This document shows, one piece after another, positions 1 through 8,105 of a stretch of DNA of 64,000 nt. The stretch spans positions 2,208,001-2,272,000 of the forward strand of contig CBDBZU010000004.1 of the NCBI GenBank assembly GCA_965213625.1, given 5' to 3'. The DNA comes from a bacterium (GTDB taxonomy: Bacteria; UBA8248). Under the pieces are notes generated by a model. The model was not told where the DNA came from and did no database searches. It was given only the letters and a program-made list of their open reading frames with translations. Within the stretch, counting starts at the first letter, position 1. The number at the start of each line of letters is the position of its first letter. A program made the position numbers and the translations under genes.

Positions 1-1
1 G

Positions 2-598
2 CAGGTCTACCTCCGCGCTCCGCACGCGAATCCCTTCACGGACGAGATCACCTACATGGCCGACATGGCGCTCTGGTTCTTCCAGCCCAGAAAGCCGGTT
101 CGCGTCTACGCGCAGGCGGGCAGCGAGGTGTTCCACGATCATCCAGATGGGATGGGCGATTACGGCTGGGCGGTCGTCACCTTCGACGACGGGGCGGCGG
201 CGTGCCTGGGCGGGAACTGGGCGCTCCCTGAGCACTGGCCCGCCACGGTGGCGACCATCAGCATGGACATCTTCGGGAGCGAGGGCGCGGTCCGCATCGA
301 CGACGGCCACAAGGACGTGATGATGGTGGGCAACGAGCGCGTCCCCTCGCCCTATGCGCCGGATTCCTCGGTGGAGGTCGCCTTCCTGGGCTCCGCCATG
401 CCGGGAGACTGGGCCGTGGGCGATTTCGTGGGGCCGATGCGCGATGAGACGAGGCTGTTCCTGGAGCGCGTCACCACCGGAAAGGAAGTGCCGCTCTGCG
501 ACGCGGAAACGGGCCGCGCCGTGCTCGAACTCACCCTCGCGATGGAAGAGAGCGCCCGCCGGGGCGGCGAGGTCATCGAACTGCCGTTTAAAGGATGA
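2..598 (+). CDS. Gfo/Idh/MocA-family oxidoreductase, C-terminal part (5' truncated by window edge)
   Basis: Frame is open from position 2 (QVYLRAPHANPFTDEITYMADMALWFF...). Strongly paralogous to the C-terminal half of the next gene (RVYAQ, FDDG, GSEGA, GPMRDETRLFLERVT). Confidence 0.85.
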   Translation, partial: QVYLRAPHANPFTDEITYMADMALWFFQPRKPVRVYAQAGSEVFHDHPDGMGDYGWAVVTFDDGAAACLGGNWALPEHWPATVATISMDIFGSEGAVRIDDGHKDVMMVGNERVPSPYAPDSSVEVAFLGSAMPGDWAVGDFVGPMRDETRLFLERVTTGKEVPLCDAETGRAVLELTLAMEESARRGGEVIELPFKG

Positions 599-602
599 AA
601 AT

Positions 603-1691
603 GTGAAGCAAATCGGGTTGGGCATCATAGGTTCCGGGCGCATGGGGCGACTCCGCGCGCATCTGGCTTCGGGCTCGCCCGAGGTGAAATTTCTGGCCTT
701 ATCGGATAGAGACCCGGCGCGCGCCAAGCTCATCGCCGAGGAGACGCAGGCCGATTTCCACTCGGGCGAAAATGAAGAAGTGCTCGCGCATTCCGACGTG
801 GATGCCGTCATCGTCTCGACTCCTGAGTTCGACCATGCAGACGCCGTCTGCCGGGCGCTGGAGCTCGGAAAACCCGTACTGTGCGAGAAGCCGATATCCT
901 TGTCGCTCGATGATGCGGACAGGATTCTCGCGGCGTATGAGAAATCGAATACCGAGCTTTTCATCGGCTACACCCAAAGACAAAGGCGCCGTTTCTTGAA
1001 CGCCAAGGAGCAGATTCAGCGCGGCCGCCTGGGGCATCTCCAGACCGCGCGCGCCACGCTCTATAACGTCACCACCAACGGGGCGGAGATATACAAGCGC
1101 GCCGCGCATGCTGGCCCCGTCACCGACACGCTCACCTACATGGTGGATATCTGCCTGTGGTATTTCGAGGGCAGAAAACCCAAGCGCGTCTACGCCCAGG
1201 GGGGAAGCAAGGTGTTCCCGCACCATCCGATGGGCTGCGGCGATTGGGCCTGGGCGATCCTCACGTTCGAGGACGGCGGCACCGTGAACTTCGGCTGCTC
1301 GTGGATTCTGCCCGACAACTGGCCTGCGAACATCACCTCCATCGACCTCGAAGTCATGGGCACCGAGGGGGCCATCGCAATAGATGACTCACACAAGAAC
1401 GCCGTCATGGCGACGAACAAGGGCGTGCCCTCGCCCTACGTGGACGGCATGTCGTCAGACGTTGTGTTCCTGGAATCCATGATGGCGGGCGACTGGCTGG
1501 TGGGCGATTTTTGGGGGCCGATGCGCGATGAGACGAGGCTGTTCTTGGAACGTGTGACGATGGGCCGGAGCGTTTCGCTCGCGCTTCCCCATCACGCCCG
1601 CACGGTGCTCGAAGTGACGCTCGCCATAGAGCATAGCGCCATGGAAAACAGGCCCATCGATTTCCCGCTCACGGGCGTCCATTCCCATTAA
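603..1691 (+). CDS. Gfo/Idh/MocA-family NAD(P)-dependent oxidoreductase
   Basis: GTG start after AAGGA; Rossmann motif GIIGSGRMG, VIVSTP...H, LCEKP motif. Confidence 0.9.
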   Translation: MKQIGLGIIGSGRMGRLRAHLASGSPEVKFLALSDRDPARAKLIAEETQADFHSGENEEVLAHSDVDAVIVSTPEFDHADAVCRALELGKPVLCEKPISLSLDDADRILAAYEKSNTELFIGYTQRQRRRFLNAKEQIQRGRLGHLQTARATLYNVTTNGAEIYKRAAHAGPVTDTLTYMVDICLWYFEGRKPKRVYAQGGSKVFPHHPMGCGDWAWAILTFEDGGTVNFGCSWILPDNWPANITSIDLEVMGTEGAIAIDDSHKNAVMATNKGVPSPYVDGMSSDVVFLESMMAGDWLVGDFWGPMRDETRLFLERVTMGRSVSLALPHHARTVLEVTLAIEHSAMENRPIDFPLTGVHSH

Positions 1692-1703
1692 GTCCCATTC
1701 GCG

Positions 1704-2075
1704 GTGAACTCCGGGCAACAAATCCTGCTTTCGCATCACAGGTACGAACTCGGAAAAACCGCCTCGGGCGAGCGCTACACGCTCGCTGGCGATCTCGATG
1801 CGGAGGGAGCGGCCCGCGTCCTCGAAGCGATGGAAGCCCAGGTATTAACCACAGACCTCACGAGCCTCGATTTGGAGGATTTGGAACTTTTGGACGGCGC
1901 CGCCGTCGCGCTGATGGTGGACCTCACCCGCCTCCTTTTGAGCGCCTCCGGGCGAGTGCAAGTATTAAAATCTCCGCAGTCTCTGGCGCACACCCTCTAT
2001 AGGGTGGGGATGCTGGAGGGCGATTCGCGCTTAGAACTCATCGAACCCCGCGAGGAAGAGGGAACGACCAATTAA
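1704..2075 (+). CDS. STAS-domain protein (anti-sigma antagonist/MlaB-like)
   Basis: LAGDLD...LDLEDLELLDGAAVALMV pattern typical of the STAS fold. Confidence 0.65.
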   Translation: MNSGQQILLSHHRYELGKTASGERYTLAGDLDAEGAARVLEAMEAQVLTTDLTSLDLEDLELLDGAAVALMVDLTRLLLSASGRVQVLKSPQSLAHTLYRVGMLEGDSRLELIEPREEEGTTN

Positions 2076-2137
2076 GCGTGTGGATGATGCGCCCTCAGCC
2101 TTCATAATCCGAATATACAGGAAATACAGGAGAGGCC

Positions 2138-3025
2138 ATGAGTCCCGTTTCACCCGATGAGCCTTATGAGAGAAAGCGCGTCAAAGTCTTGGACGCGGAG
2201 ATGGCGTATATCGAGGCCGGGGAGGGTGACCCCATCGTGCTCCTGCACGGAAATCCGGCCACCTCTTATCTCTGGCGTAACGTGATCCCCCACTTGGAAG
2301 GCCTGGGCCGGTGCCTCGCGCCCGACCTCATGAACAGCGGGGCGTCGGACAACATTCCGGGGGGCGGCTGCCGCTACGGGGATCACATCCCTTATCTGGA
2401 TGCCTGGTTCGAGGCGGCGGGAGCGACGCAAAATGCGTTCTTCGTGCTCCACGATTGGGGCGCGGCCCTTGGTTTCAACCGCGTCTCCCGCTTCCCGGAG
2501 CAGGTGGTCGGCCTCTCTTATATGGAGTCCATGGTGCGCCCGCGCCTTTGGACCGACATGCCCGAGGATAGAGTCGCGCAGTTCAAGACGCTGCGAGGCG
2601 AGGCGGGGCTTCAAATAGTCATGGAGGATAATTTTTTCGTCGAGACCATGCTCTTCGAGCGGGGTGTCGTGCGAGATTTGAGCGAGGCGGAAAAAGAAGC
2701 CTACCGCGCGCCCACCCAGGATCCGCAGAAAAGGAGGCAGACCCACCAATGGGCGTGTGAGATTCCCTTCGAGGGTGAGCCAAAGGACAACTACGAGATC
2801 GTGAAGCGCTACAGCGATTATCTGCATGCGAGCGAGAATCTCCCCAAATTGTTCATCAACTGCGAGTACGGACACGCGCTCGCGGGGGCCGCGCGCGACT
2901 TCTGCCGCACATGGCCGAACCAGGAGGAGATAACGATACCCACCCGCCACTACGGGCAGGAGGATTGCCCCGATGAGATTGGCCGCGCCGTCGCGGCGAT
3001 TATCCAGAAGGTGAGGGGGAAGTGA
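2138..3025 (+). CDS. Haloalkane dehalogenase (HLD-II, DhaA/LinB-like)
   Basis: LLHGNPATSYLWRNVIPHL, nucleophile HDWG, acid YME, catalytic His in HYGQED. Confidence 0.9.
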   Translation: MSPVSPDEPYERKRVKVLDAEMAYIEAGEGDPIVLLHGNPATSYLWRNVIPHLEGLGRCLAPDLMNSGASDNIPGGGCRYGDHIPYLDAWFEAAGATQNAFFVLHDWGAALGFNRVSRFPEQVVGLSYMESMVRPRLWTDMPEDRVAQFKTLRGEAGLQIVMEDNFFVETMLFERGVVRDLSEAEKEAYRAPTQDPQKRRQTHQWACEIPFEGEPKDNYEIVKRYSDYLHASENLPKLFINCEYGHALAGAARDFCRTWPNQEEITIPTRHYGQEDCPDEIGRAVAAIIQKVRGK

Positions 3026-3061
3026 TTTAGCGCATCACGTTTATAAAGGAGAAACTGGGTA

Positions 3062-3346
3062 ATGACCAAGAACACCAGAATCACGGATGCCAAGATCATG
3101 AACGCGGTGCTTGTCATGCTTAAGGAGAGAGGCCCTCTCAGTGGAACTGAAATAAAGAAGCATGTATTGGAGGCGCTTATCACACGCACTGACTATAAAA
3201 ATGCAGGGTATTTGGAAAGCAAAAAACAAGAAGGAACACAAGAGCATAAATGGGAAATCACCAAGAAGGGTATCGAGGCGCTCGAATTGGATGATGTTGA
3301 TTTATACAAGAAAGCACGTGAAGCAAGCCGAAAAGTCAGGAAATAG
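3062..3346 (+). CDS. Small winged-helix protein resembling an Mrr N-terminal domain (probable remnant)
   Basis: AAGGAG RBS; AT-rich; RTDYKNAGYLES...WEITKKG resembles the Mrr_N C-terminal motif. Confidence 0.55.
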   Translation: MTKNTRITDAKIMNAVLVMLKERGPLSGTEIKKHVLEALITRTDYKNAGYLESKKQEGTQEHKWEITKKGIEALELDDVDLYKKAREASRKVRK

Positions 3347-3371
3347 CGTTTAAGCAAGCTAGGAGAATAAA

Positions 3372-3752
3372 ATGACTATCTACAGATTCGAAGATTTGCA
3401 GGACGTGCGTCAGAACCCCGGCCTCTCCTCAGGCCACGGGGAGACCATCAAGGGGGAGAAGATGTATTTCTGCCACCGCATCTGGGAGGCGGGCACGGAA
3501 GCGAAGCCCCACTACCACGCATGCGAGCAGTTCATCTACATCATGCGCGGAAGGCAGAAGTTCACGATGGGCGGGGAGGTGCACGAACTGGGACCCGGTG
3601 ACGTCATCCACATACCCGCGAACGAGGTGCACGCGGCGGAGATGATCGAGGAGGTCGAAGCCATCTACGTCAAGGACACAACCTGGAGCCTCAAAGGAGT
3701 CGCCGCTGGTGAAGCGGCGCCCGACGCCCCGCCGCCCGATGATCCGTTTTAG
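3372..3752 (+). CDS. Cupin_2 domain protein
   Basis: AGGAG RBS; PHYHACEQFIYIMRG...GPGDVIHIPANEVH cupin motifs. Confidence 0.9.
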   Translation: MTIYRFEDLQDVRQNPGLSSGHGETIKGEKMYFCHRIWEAGTEAKPHYHACEQFIYIMRGRQKFTMGGEVHELGPGDVIHIPANEVHAAEMIEEVEAIYVKDTTWSLKGVAAGEAAPDAPPPDDPF

Positions 3753-3769
3753 GTTTAGCCACCCGCATT

Positions 3770-3794
3770 GTAGGGGTCGTATATATGCGACCCT
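3770..3794. repeat. GTAG-type REP-like palindrome
   Basis: GTAGGGGTCGTATATATGCGACCCT; hairpin GGGTCGTA/TGCGACCC. Confidence 0.55.
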
Positions 3795-3960
3795 CATAGA
3801 GAAGAGAAGGCCACGGGCATCGCAATCCTTCCTCCAGTGTCGCAGCGCGTTCTTATGAAATCGGCGAATGTCAGACAGCGGGCCGATGGGGTGGACGCCC
3901 CCTTCCGGCAGTTTAGAATGTGGCGAGGCAACGTCACACACCGCCCGGAAGGAGGCATCC

Positions 3961-4986
3961 ATGGAAGGAGTCTACATCATCGGCATCGACTTGGCGAAAA
4001 ACAGTTTTCAACTCCACGGGGCGCGCGCGGACGGTTCGGTAGCGTTCCGCAAGAAGCTCGGTCGGGCGGGTCTGCTGAACTTCCTGGCCAAACAGCCGCG
4101 CTGCGTGGTGGCGATGGAGGCGTGCGCGGGGGCGCACCGCTGGGGCCGTGAGATTGCGAAGCTCGGCCACGAGGTTCGGCTCGCGCCGCCGGCCTACGTG
4201 AAGCCGTACGTGAAGCGCCACAAGAACGACGCGGCGGACGCGGAGGCGATTTGCGAGGCGGCCTCACGACCGACGATGCATCTCGTGGCGGTGAAGAGCG
4301 AGGAGCAGCAGACCGAGGGGATGCTGTTCCGGGCGCGGGATTTGCTGAAGCGCCAGAAGACGCAGACGATCAACGCGTTGCGGGGACACCTGGCGGAGTT
4401 CGGGGTGGTCGCGCGGCAGGGTCCGGTGGGCCTCACGCGTCTGGCGGCGGCGGTTCGGGGAGCGGAATCGGGTCTGCCGGTGGCGGTTCGGGAGTTGGGC
4501 GAGGTGTTTCTGGAGCAAATCGCGGGTCTGAGCCGGAAGATCGGGGAGTTGGAGAGTCGGCTTCACGCGAGCGTCCACGCGGACGAGGAGGCGCGGCGTC
4601 TGATGCGTATCCCGGGGGTGGGTCCGGTTACGGCGTCTGCGATCCGTGCCTTCGCGCCGCCGATGGAGAACTTCCGGCGGGGCCGGGACTTCTCGGCCTG
4701 GCTGGGACTGGTGCCCCGGCAACACTCGACGGGGGGCAAGCCCCGCCTGGGCCGGGTATCGAAGATGGGCCAGCGCGACGTGAGGCGGCTGTTGGTCACG
4801 GGCGCGATGTCGGTGATTCGCCAGGCGCTCCGGCGCGGCGCGCCGCCGGGTTCGTGGCTGGCCCGGATGCTGGCGCGCAAGCCGAGGATGCTCGTCGCGG
4901 TGGCGCTGGCCAACAAAATGGCGCGCATCGCGTGGGCGCTGATGCGGAACAAGGACGACTACAGGGAACCGGCGCCCCTCGCCTGA
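3961..4986 (+). CDS. IS110-family DEDD recombinase/transposase
   Basis: GGAGG RBS; IGIDLAK, MEAC, KNDAADA (DEDD); IPGVG; PRQHSTGG (catalytic Ser loop); AVALANK. Confidence 0.97.
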   Translation: MEGVYIIGIDLAKNSFQLHGARADGSVAFRKKLGRAGLLNFLAKQPRCVVAMEACAGAHRWGREIAKLGHEVRLAPPAYVKPYVKRHKNDAADAEAICEAASRPTMHLVAVKSEEQQTEGMLFRARDLLKRQKTQTINALRGHLAEFGVVARQGPVGLTRLAAAVRGAESGLPVAVRELGEVFLEQIAGLSRKIGELESRLHASVHADEEARRLMRIPGVGPVTASAIRAFAPPMENFRRGRDFSAWLGLVPRQHSTGGKPRLGRVSKMGQRDVRRLLVTGAMSVIRQALRRGAPPGSWLARMLARKPRMLVAVALANKMARIAWALMRNKDDYREPAPLA

Positions 4987-5039
4987 GCGGCGGGCGCGCG
5001 GATAGAGCCGGGAGGAATGTGGGCAGGCCACAGGAGGAG

Positions 5040-5230
5040 TAAGGGCAAACGGTCATCGAGACGGGGTCGGGGCAACCAGTTACATGCGACGAGCGAACCA
5101 TCGAGCTCGCCGGGCCGATTCGGACCCGACCCGCGCATCTCCATACGGGCCCGCGGCCGTTACGAAGCGCCGCAACGAAGAGGCCGAATGTACGACTGAG
5201 TCGAACCGCTTTGCGCCGAACCCTCCCAAA
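5040..5230 (+). ncRNA. Putative bridge/seek RNA of the IS1111-type element (ends approximate)
   Basis: Stem GGGTCGGG (5064-71)/CCCGACCC (5125-32) encloses an internal loop whose two strands match the target flanks; a downstream part matches the circle junction. Confidence 0.8.
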
Positions 5231-5237
5231 AAACCGC

Positions 5238-5265
5238 TTGCATTCCAGGGGGGCGTCCATGTACG
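5238..5265 (+). promoter_or_regulatory. -35 half of the IS circle-junction promoter (TTGCAT-18-TACGAT after circularisation)
   Basis: TTGCAT at 5238-43. Joining right end ...GTA-CG to left end AT... yields TACGAT 18 bp downstream. Confidence 0.7.
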
Positions 5266-5272
5266 CATGTAT

Positions 5273-5416
5273 GTCAGACATATATGTCTGACCCTACACG
5301 AACATCGTGGTTTTACGGTGGCGGGCCCAGCCTGTAACCACGTCAGACATCACCAGGGAGAAGAAAGGGTAGGGACAGGTCGCGACCTCGGACAGGCACA
5401 AGGGCCTTGTCCCTAC
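5273..5416. repeat. Cluster of GTAGGG/CCCTAC REP-like palindromes
   Basis: Perfect 20-bp palindrome GTCAGACATATATGTCTGAC (5273-92) followed by CCTAC; GTAGGGACA (5369-77)/TGTCCCTAC (5408-16) IR with internal AGGTCGCGACCT. Confidence 0.65.
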
Positions 5417-5436
5417 AGCCGACATCATCCGATTAC

Positions 5437-5853
5437 CTACACCGTCCCGTAGAGTTCCTCCGCCTTGGCGTCGAGATGCTTGATGATGTCCGCCAGATCG
5501 TCGGGGTAGTGGTGGTCCGCCCCCAGGTCGGGGTCTTCGGCGGGTGATTTCGCCACGAACATCACCGCCTTTTCGGTCAGCGTTCTCCCGCCGTGGAGCG
5601 TCCCTCTGGGAATGTGAAGTATGTCGCCGGGGCCGATGATTCGCTCCTCATCGCCGAGTCTCATGTATCGCTTGCCCTCGATGATGTAGACGTATTGTTC
5701 CTCGTTGTTATGCCAATGAGGTTTGGAGCCCGTGCCCCTGCGGTAGGTGACCATCCCCGCCTTCATGAACTCCCCGGCCAGGGGCTTGTACTCGCCCGGG
5801 TTTCCCGTGCTGAGCTGTACGTTCTCGATGGTGTCGGTGCTGTAAAATGGCAT
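5437..5853 (-). CDS. Cupin_2 domain protein
   Basis: KPHWHNNEEQYVYIIEG...GPGDILHIPRGTLH. Confidence 0.9.
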   Translation of the reverse strand: MPFYSTDTIENVQLSTGNPGEYKPLAGEFMKAGMVTYRRGTGSKPHWHNNEEQYVYIIEGKRYMRLGDEERIIGPGDILHIPRGTLHGGRTLTEKAVMFVAKSPAEDPDLGADHHYPDDLADIIKHLDAKAEELYGTV

Positions 5854-6007
5854 TTTACGCGCTCCTGCAAGTGTTGTGCATACGAGATAGTTGCCAAAAG
5901 GACCCGCGAATCATAACCCGATTCCAAGAAAAGCGTCATCTCGCGTATACTTTCATCATCCGAGAGAGTTGTTTTATTCCAGATTCTTGCATTTGAGGAG
6001 AGAGCGC

Positions 6008-7186
6008 ATGGTCGTCAACGCGGTACGCAAGGTTCCATGGTTCACATACTTTCCCGACAATTATCGCTGGTCTTTCATCGTCTCCATCGGCCTGATGCGC
6101 GTGGCGGGCGGCGGGGCCGATACGGCGGAAATTTTTGAGGTCTGCAGGAATCTGGATAGAGACGTCGGCAACGACGATCTCTGGTTCGATGAGTGGGCAG
6201 GCATGGGTGATCGTTTGCGGGCGATGGGGATGGCGGCTTTGCGGCGCGGCCACGACCTCACGGCGGCGGGCCATTTTTCCCGTTCCGCCACCTATCACCA
6301 GATGGCCGATCGGTTCCGTTTCCCGAAGGACAAGGTATCGCAGGGCGTGTACCGCAAATCCATCGACAGCTTCAAGCGCTACGTCCGCCTGAACGACAGG
6401 CCGAAGACGGAGATCGTCGAGATTCCCTATGAGGGGGGCAAATCGCTGCCCGGCTATTTCATCCACGCAGAGAATACGCGTAAATCAAAACCGCCCGTGG
6501 TCGTGCTCTACACAGGTTTCGACGGCACCAAGGAATCGCCCATGGTTATCTCGGCGTTGGAACTCGCCCGGCGCGGTATGAGCGTGGTGGTGCCCGACAC
6601 CCCGGGCGTGGGCGAGGCCATCCGCTTCCGCAAGATTTTTCTGAGGCACGACTACGAGGTGGCGGGCTCGGCGGTTCTCGACTGGCTGGAGAAGCGTAAA
6701 GACGTGAACGCGAAGCGCGCGGGCATCATGGCGTCGAGCCTGGGGGGATACTACGCGCCCAGAACCGCCAGTATGGAGCGCCGCTTCAAGGCTTGCGTCG
6801 CCCACGGCGCGATTTGGGACTACCACGCCATCTGGAAAAGGCGTATCGACGCGGCGTTCAAGATTCAGCTCCCCTCGCCGGGTAACCACCTGGCGTGGAG
6901 CTTCAATGTCAAGACGGCGGAAGAGGCCCTGGAGAAGCTCGAAGGCTTCCGGCTCGACGGCGTGGTGCAGAAAATGAAGTGTCCCTTTCTGCTGGTGCAC
7001 GGGGAGGACGATCAGCAAATCCCGCTCTCGGACGCGAAATTGCTCTACAAGGCGGCGGGTTCGAAGGACAAGACGCTCCGGGTTTACAAGGGGACCGATG
7101 GCGGCTCCCAGCATTGCCACATGGACTACATCACGCCCGTCGTGGGGCATATGGCGGACTGGATGGCCGAGAAACTGGGCGCGTAA
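6008..7186 (+). CDS. Alpha/beta hydrolase, FrsA / 2,6-dihydroxypseudooxynicotine hydrolase-like
   Basis: GAGGAG RBS; GFDGTKE, nucleophile ASSLGGYYAPR, HGEDDQ, QHCH. Confidence 0.8.
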   Translation: MVVNAVRKVPWFTYFPDNYRWSFIVSIGLMRVAGGGADTAEIFEVCRNLDRDVGNDDLWFDEWAGMGDRLRAMGMAALRRGHDLTAAGHFSRSATYHQMADRFRFPKDKVSQGVYRKSIDSFKRYVRLNDRPKTEIVEIPYEGGKSLPGYFIHAENTRKSKPPVVVLYTGFDGTKESPMVISALELARRGMSVVVPDTPGVGEAIRFRKIFLRHDYEVAGSAVLDWLEKRKDVNAKRAGIMASSLGGYYAPRTASMERRFKACVAHGAIWDYHAIWKRRIDAAFKIQLPSPGNHLAWSFNVKTAEEALEKLEGFRLDGVVQKMKCPFLLVHGEDDQQIPLSDAKLLYKAAGSKDKTLRVYKGTDGGSQHCHMDYITPVVGHMADWMAEKLGA

Positions 7187-7280
7187 GGCCGGACAGGAGT
7201 TTAATGTGGCGTGACTAAGCCGGCCATATGTGCATACCCGCACGAGCGCAGGCGTTTGACGCGTGATTGAGGAGTCATAG

Positions 7281-8105
7281 GTGGCGACGCTGGGAATCGA
7301 GAGCCGGGGAAAGGTCAAGGTCTACTATGAGGAAGAGGGCGCGGGCGAGCCGCTGGTCATGGTGGGCGGCCTGACGGCCACGGTGGAGGTCTGGGGCAAG
7401 CTCCGGGGCCTGCTTGCGGCGAGGTGCCGCCTCGTCATGCCGGACAACCGGGGAACGGGCCGAACGAAAGCGCATCAGGATGACGGCGACCGCGCCCCGG
7501 CGCGCATGGCGGAAGACCTCCTGGGCCTGGTCGACGGACTGGGCCTCGATTCTTTTCACCTGATGGGCGGCTCCTACGGCGGGACCATCGCGCTCTCCTT
7601 CGCGGTGAAACACCTCCAAAGAATAAAAAGCCTCATCGTCGCGTGCTCTCATTTTGGAGGAGTCGATAAGGTCGCATCCGCACCGGGCGTCCGCGAGACG
7701 CGCGCGCGAGGCGGCGCGCCCGATGCGAGTGATGAAGAACGCCGCGCGGCGCTGGAGACGCTCTTCCATCCCCACACGATCGACGAAAGGCCAGAGGTGG
7801 TCGCTTTCTATGACGGCTTCAAGCGCCGCTTTCCCATCAGCAAAGAAGAGATCGAAAGACGCAACAAGGGGATGGCGGAATTTGATGTTTCTGAAGAGAT
7901 CGAGACCTTGCGCGTCCCCACGCTCGTCATCTCGGGCGAGGCGGACGTTCTCGTGCCCACCGAGAACTCAAGGCGCATGGCCGGGAGGATTCCGGGGGCG
8001 GAGTTGGTGATTGTTGAGAACACGGGCCATCATTTTTATTCCGAACAGCCGGAAGCCTCGGCCGAGGCGATTCTGGCGTTTCTGGCGAGGCATAAGTCTG
8101 GATGA
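7281..8105 (+). CDS. Alpha/beta hydrolase (enol-lactonase-like)
   Basis: GAGGAG RBS; DNRGTG, GGSYGG, GEAD, GHH catalytic triad motifs. Confidence 0.85.
   Translation: MATLGIESRGKVKVYYEEEGAGEPLVMVGGLTATVEVWGKLRGLLAARCRLVMPDNRGTGRTKAHQDDGDRAPARMAEDLLGLVDGLGLDSFHLMGGSYGGTIALSFAVKHLQRIKSLIVACSHFGGVDKVASAPGVRETRARGGAPDASDEERRAALETLFHPHTIDERPEVVAFYDGFKRRFPISKEEIERRNKGMAEFDVSEEIETLRVPTLVISGEADVLVPTENSRRMAGRIPGAELVIVENTGHHFYSEQPEASAEAILAFLARHKSG

Larger units (their letters stand above)
3884..5265 (+). mobile_element. IS110-family, IS1111-type insertion sequence (complete)
   Basis: Perfect 11-bp subterminal IRs TGGACGCCCCC (3892-3902)/GGGGGCGTCCA (5249-5259); CG core at both ends (3884-85, 5264-65); intact recombinase; ~270-bp downstream non-coding region. 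Confidence 0.92.

Noticed and set aside
354-602. N-terminal extensions in the ORF track (354, 3868, 5891, 14289, 15059, 31459, 47897, 52436)
   Set aside because: They overlap upstream genes/RNAs or lack an RBS; downstream starts fit the RBS and family length.
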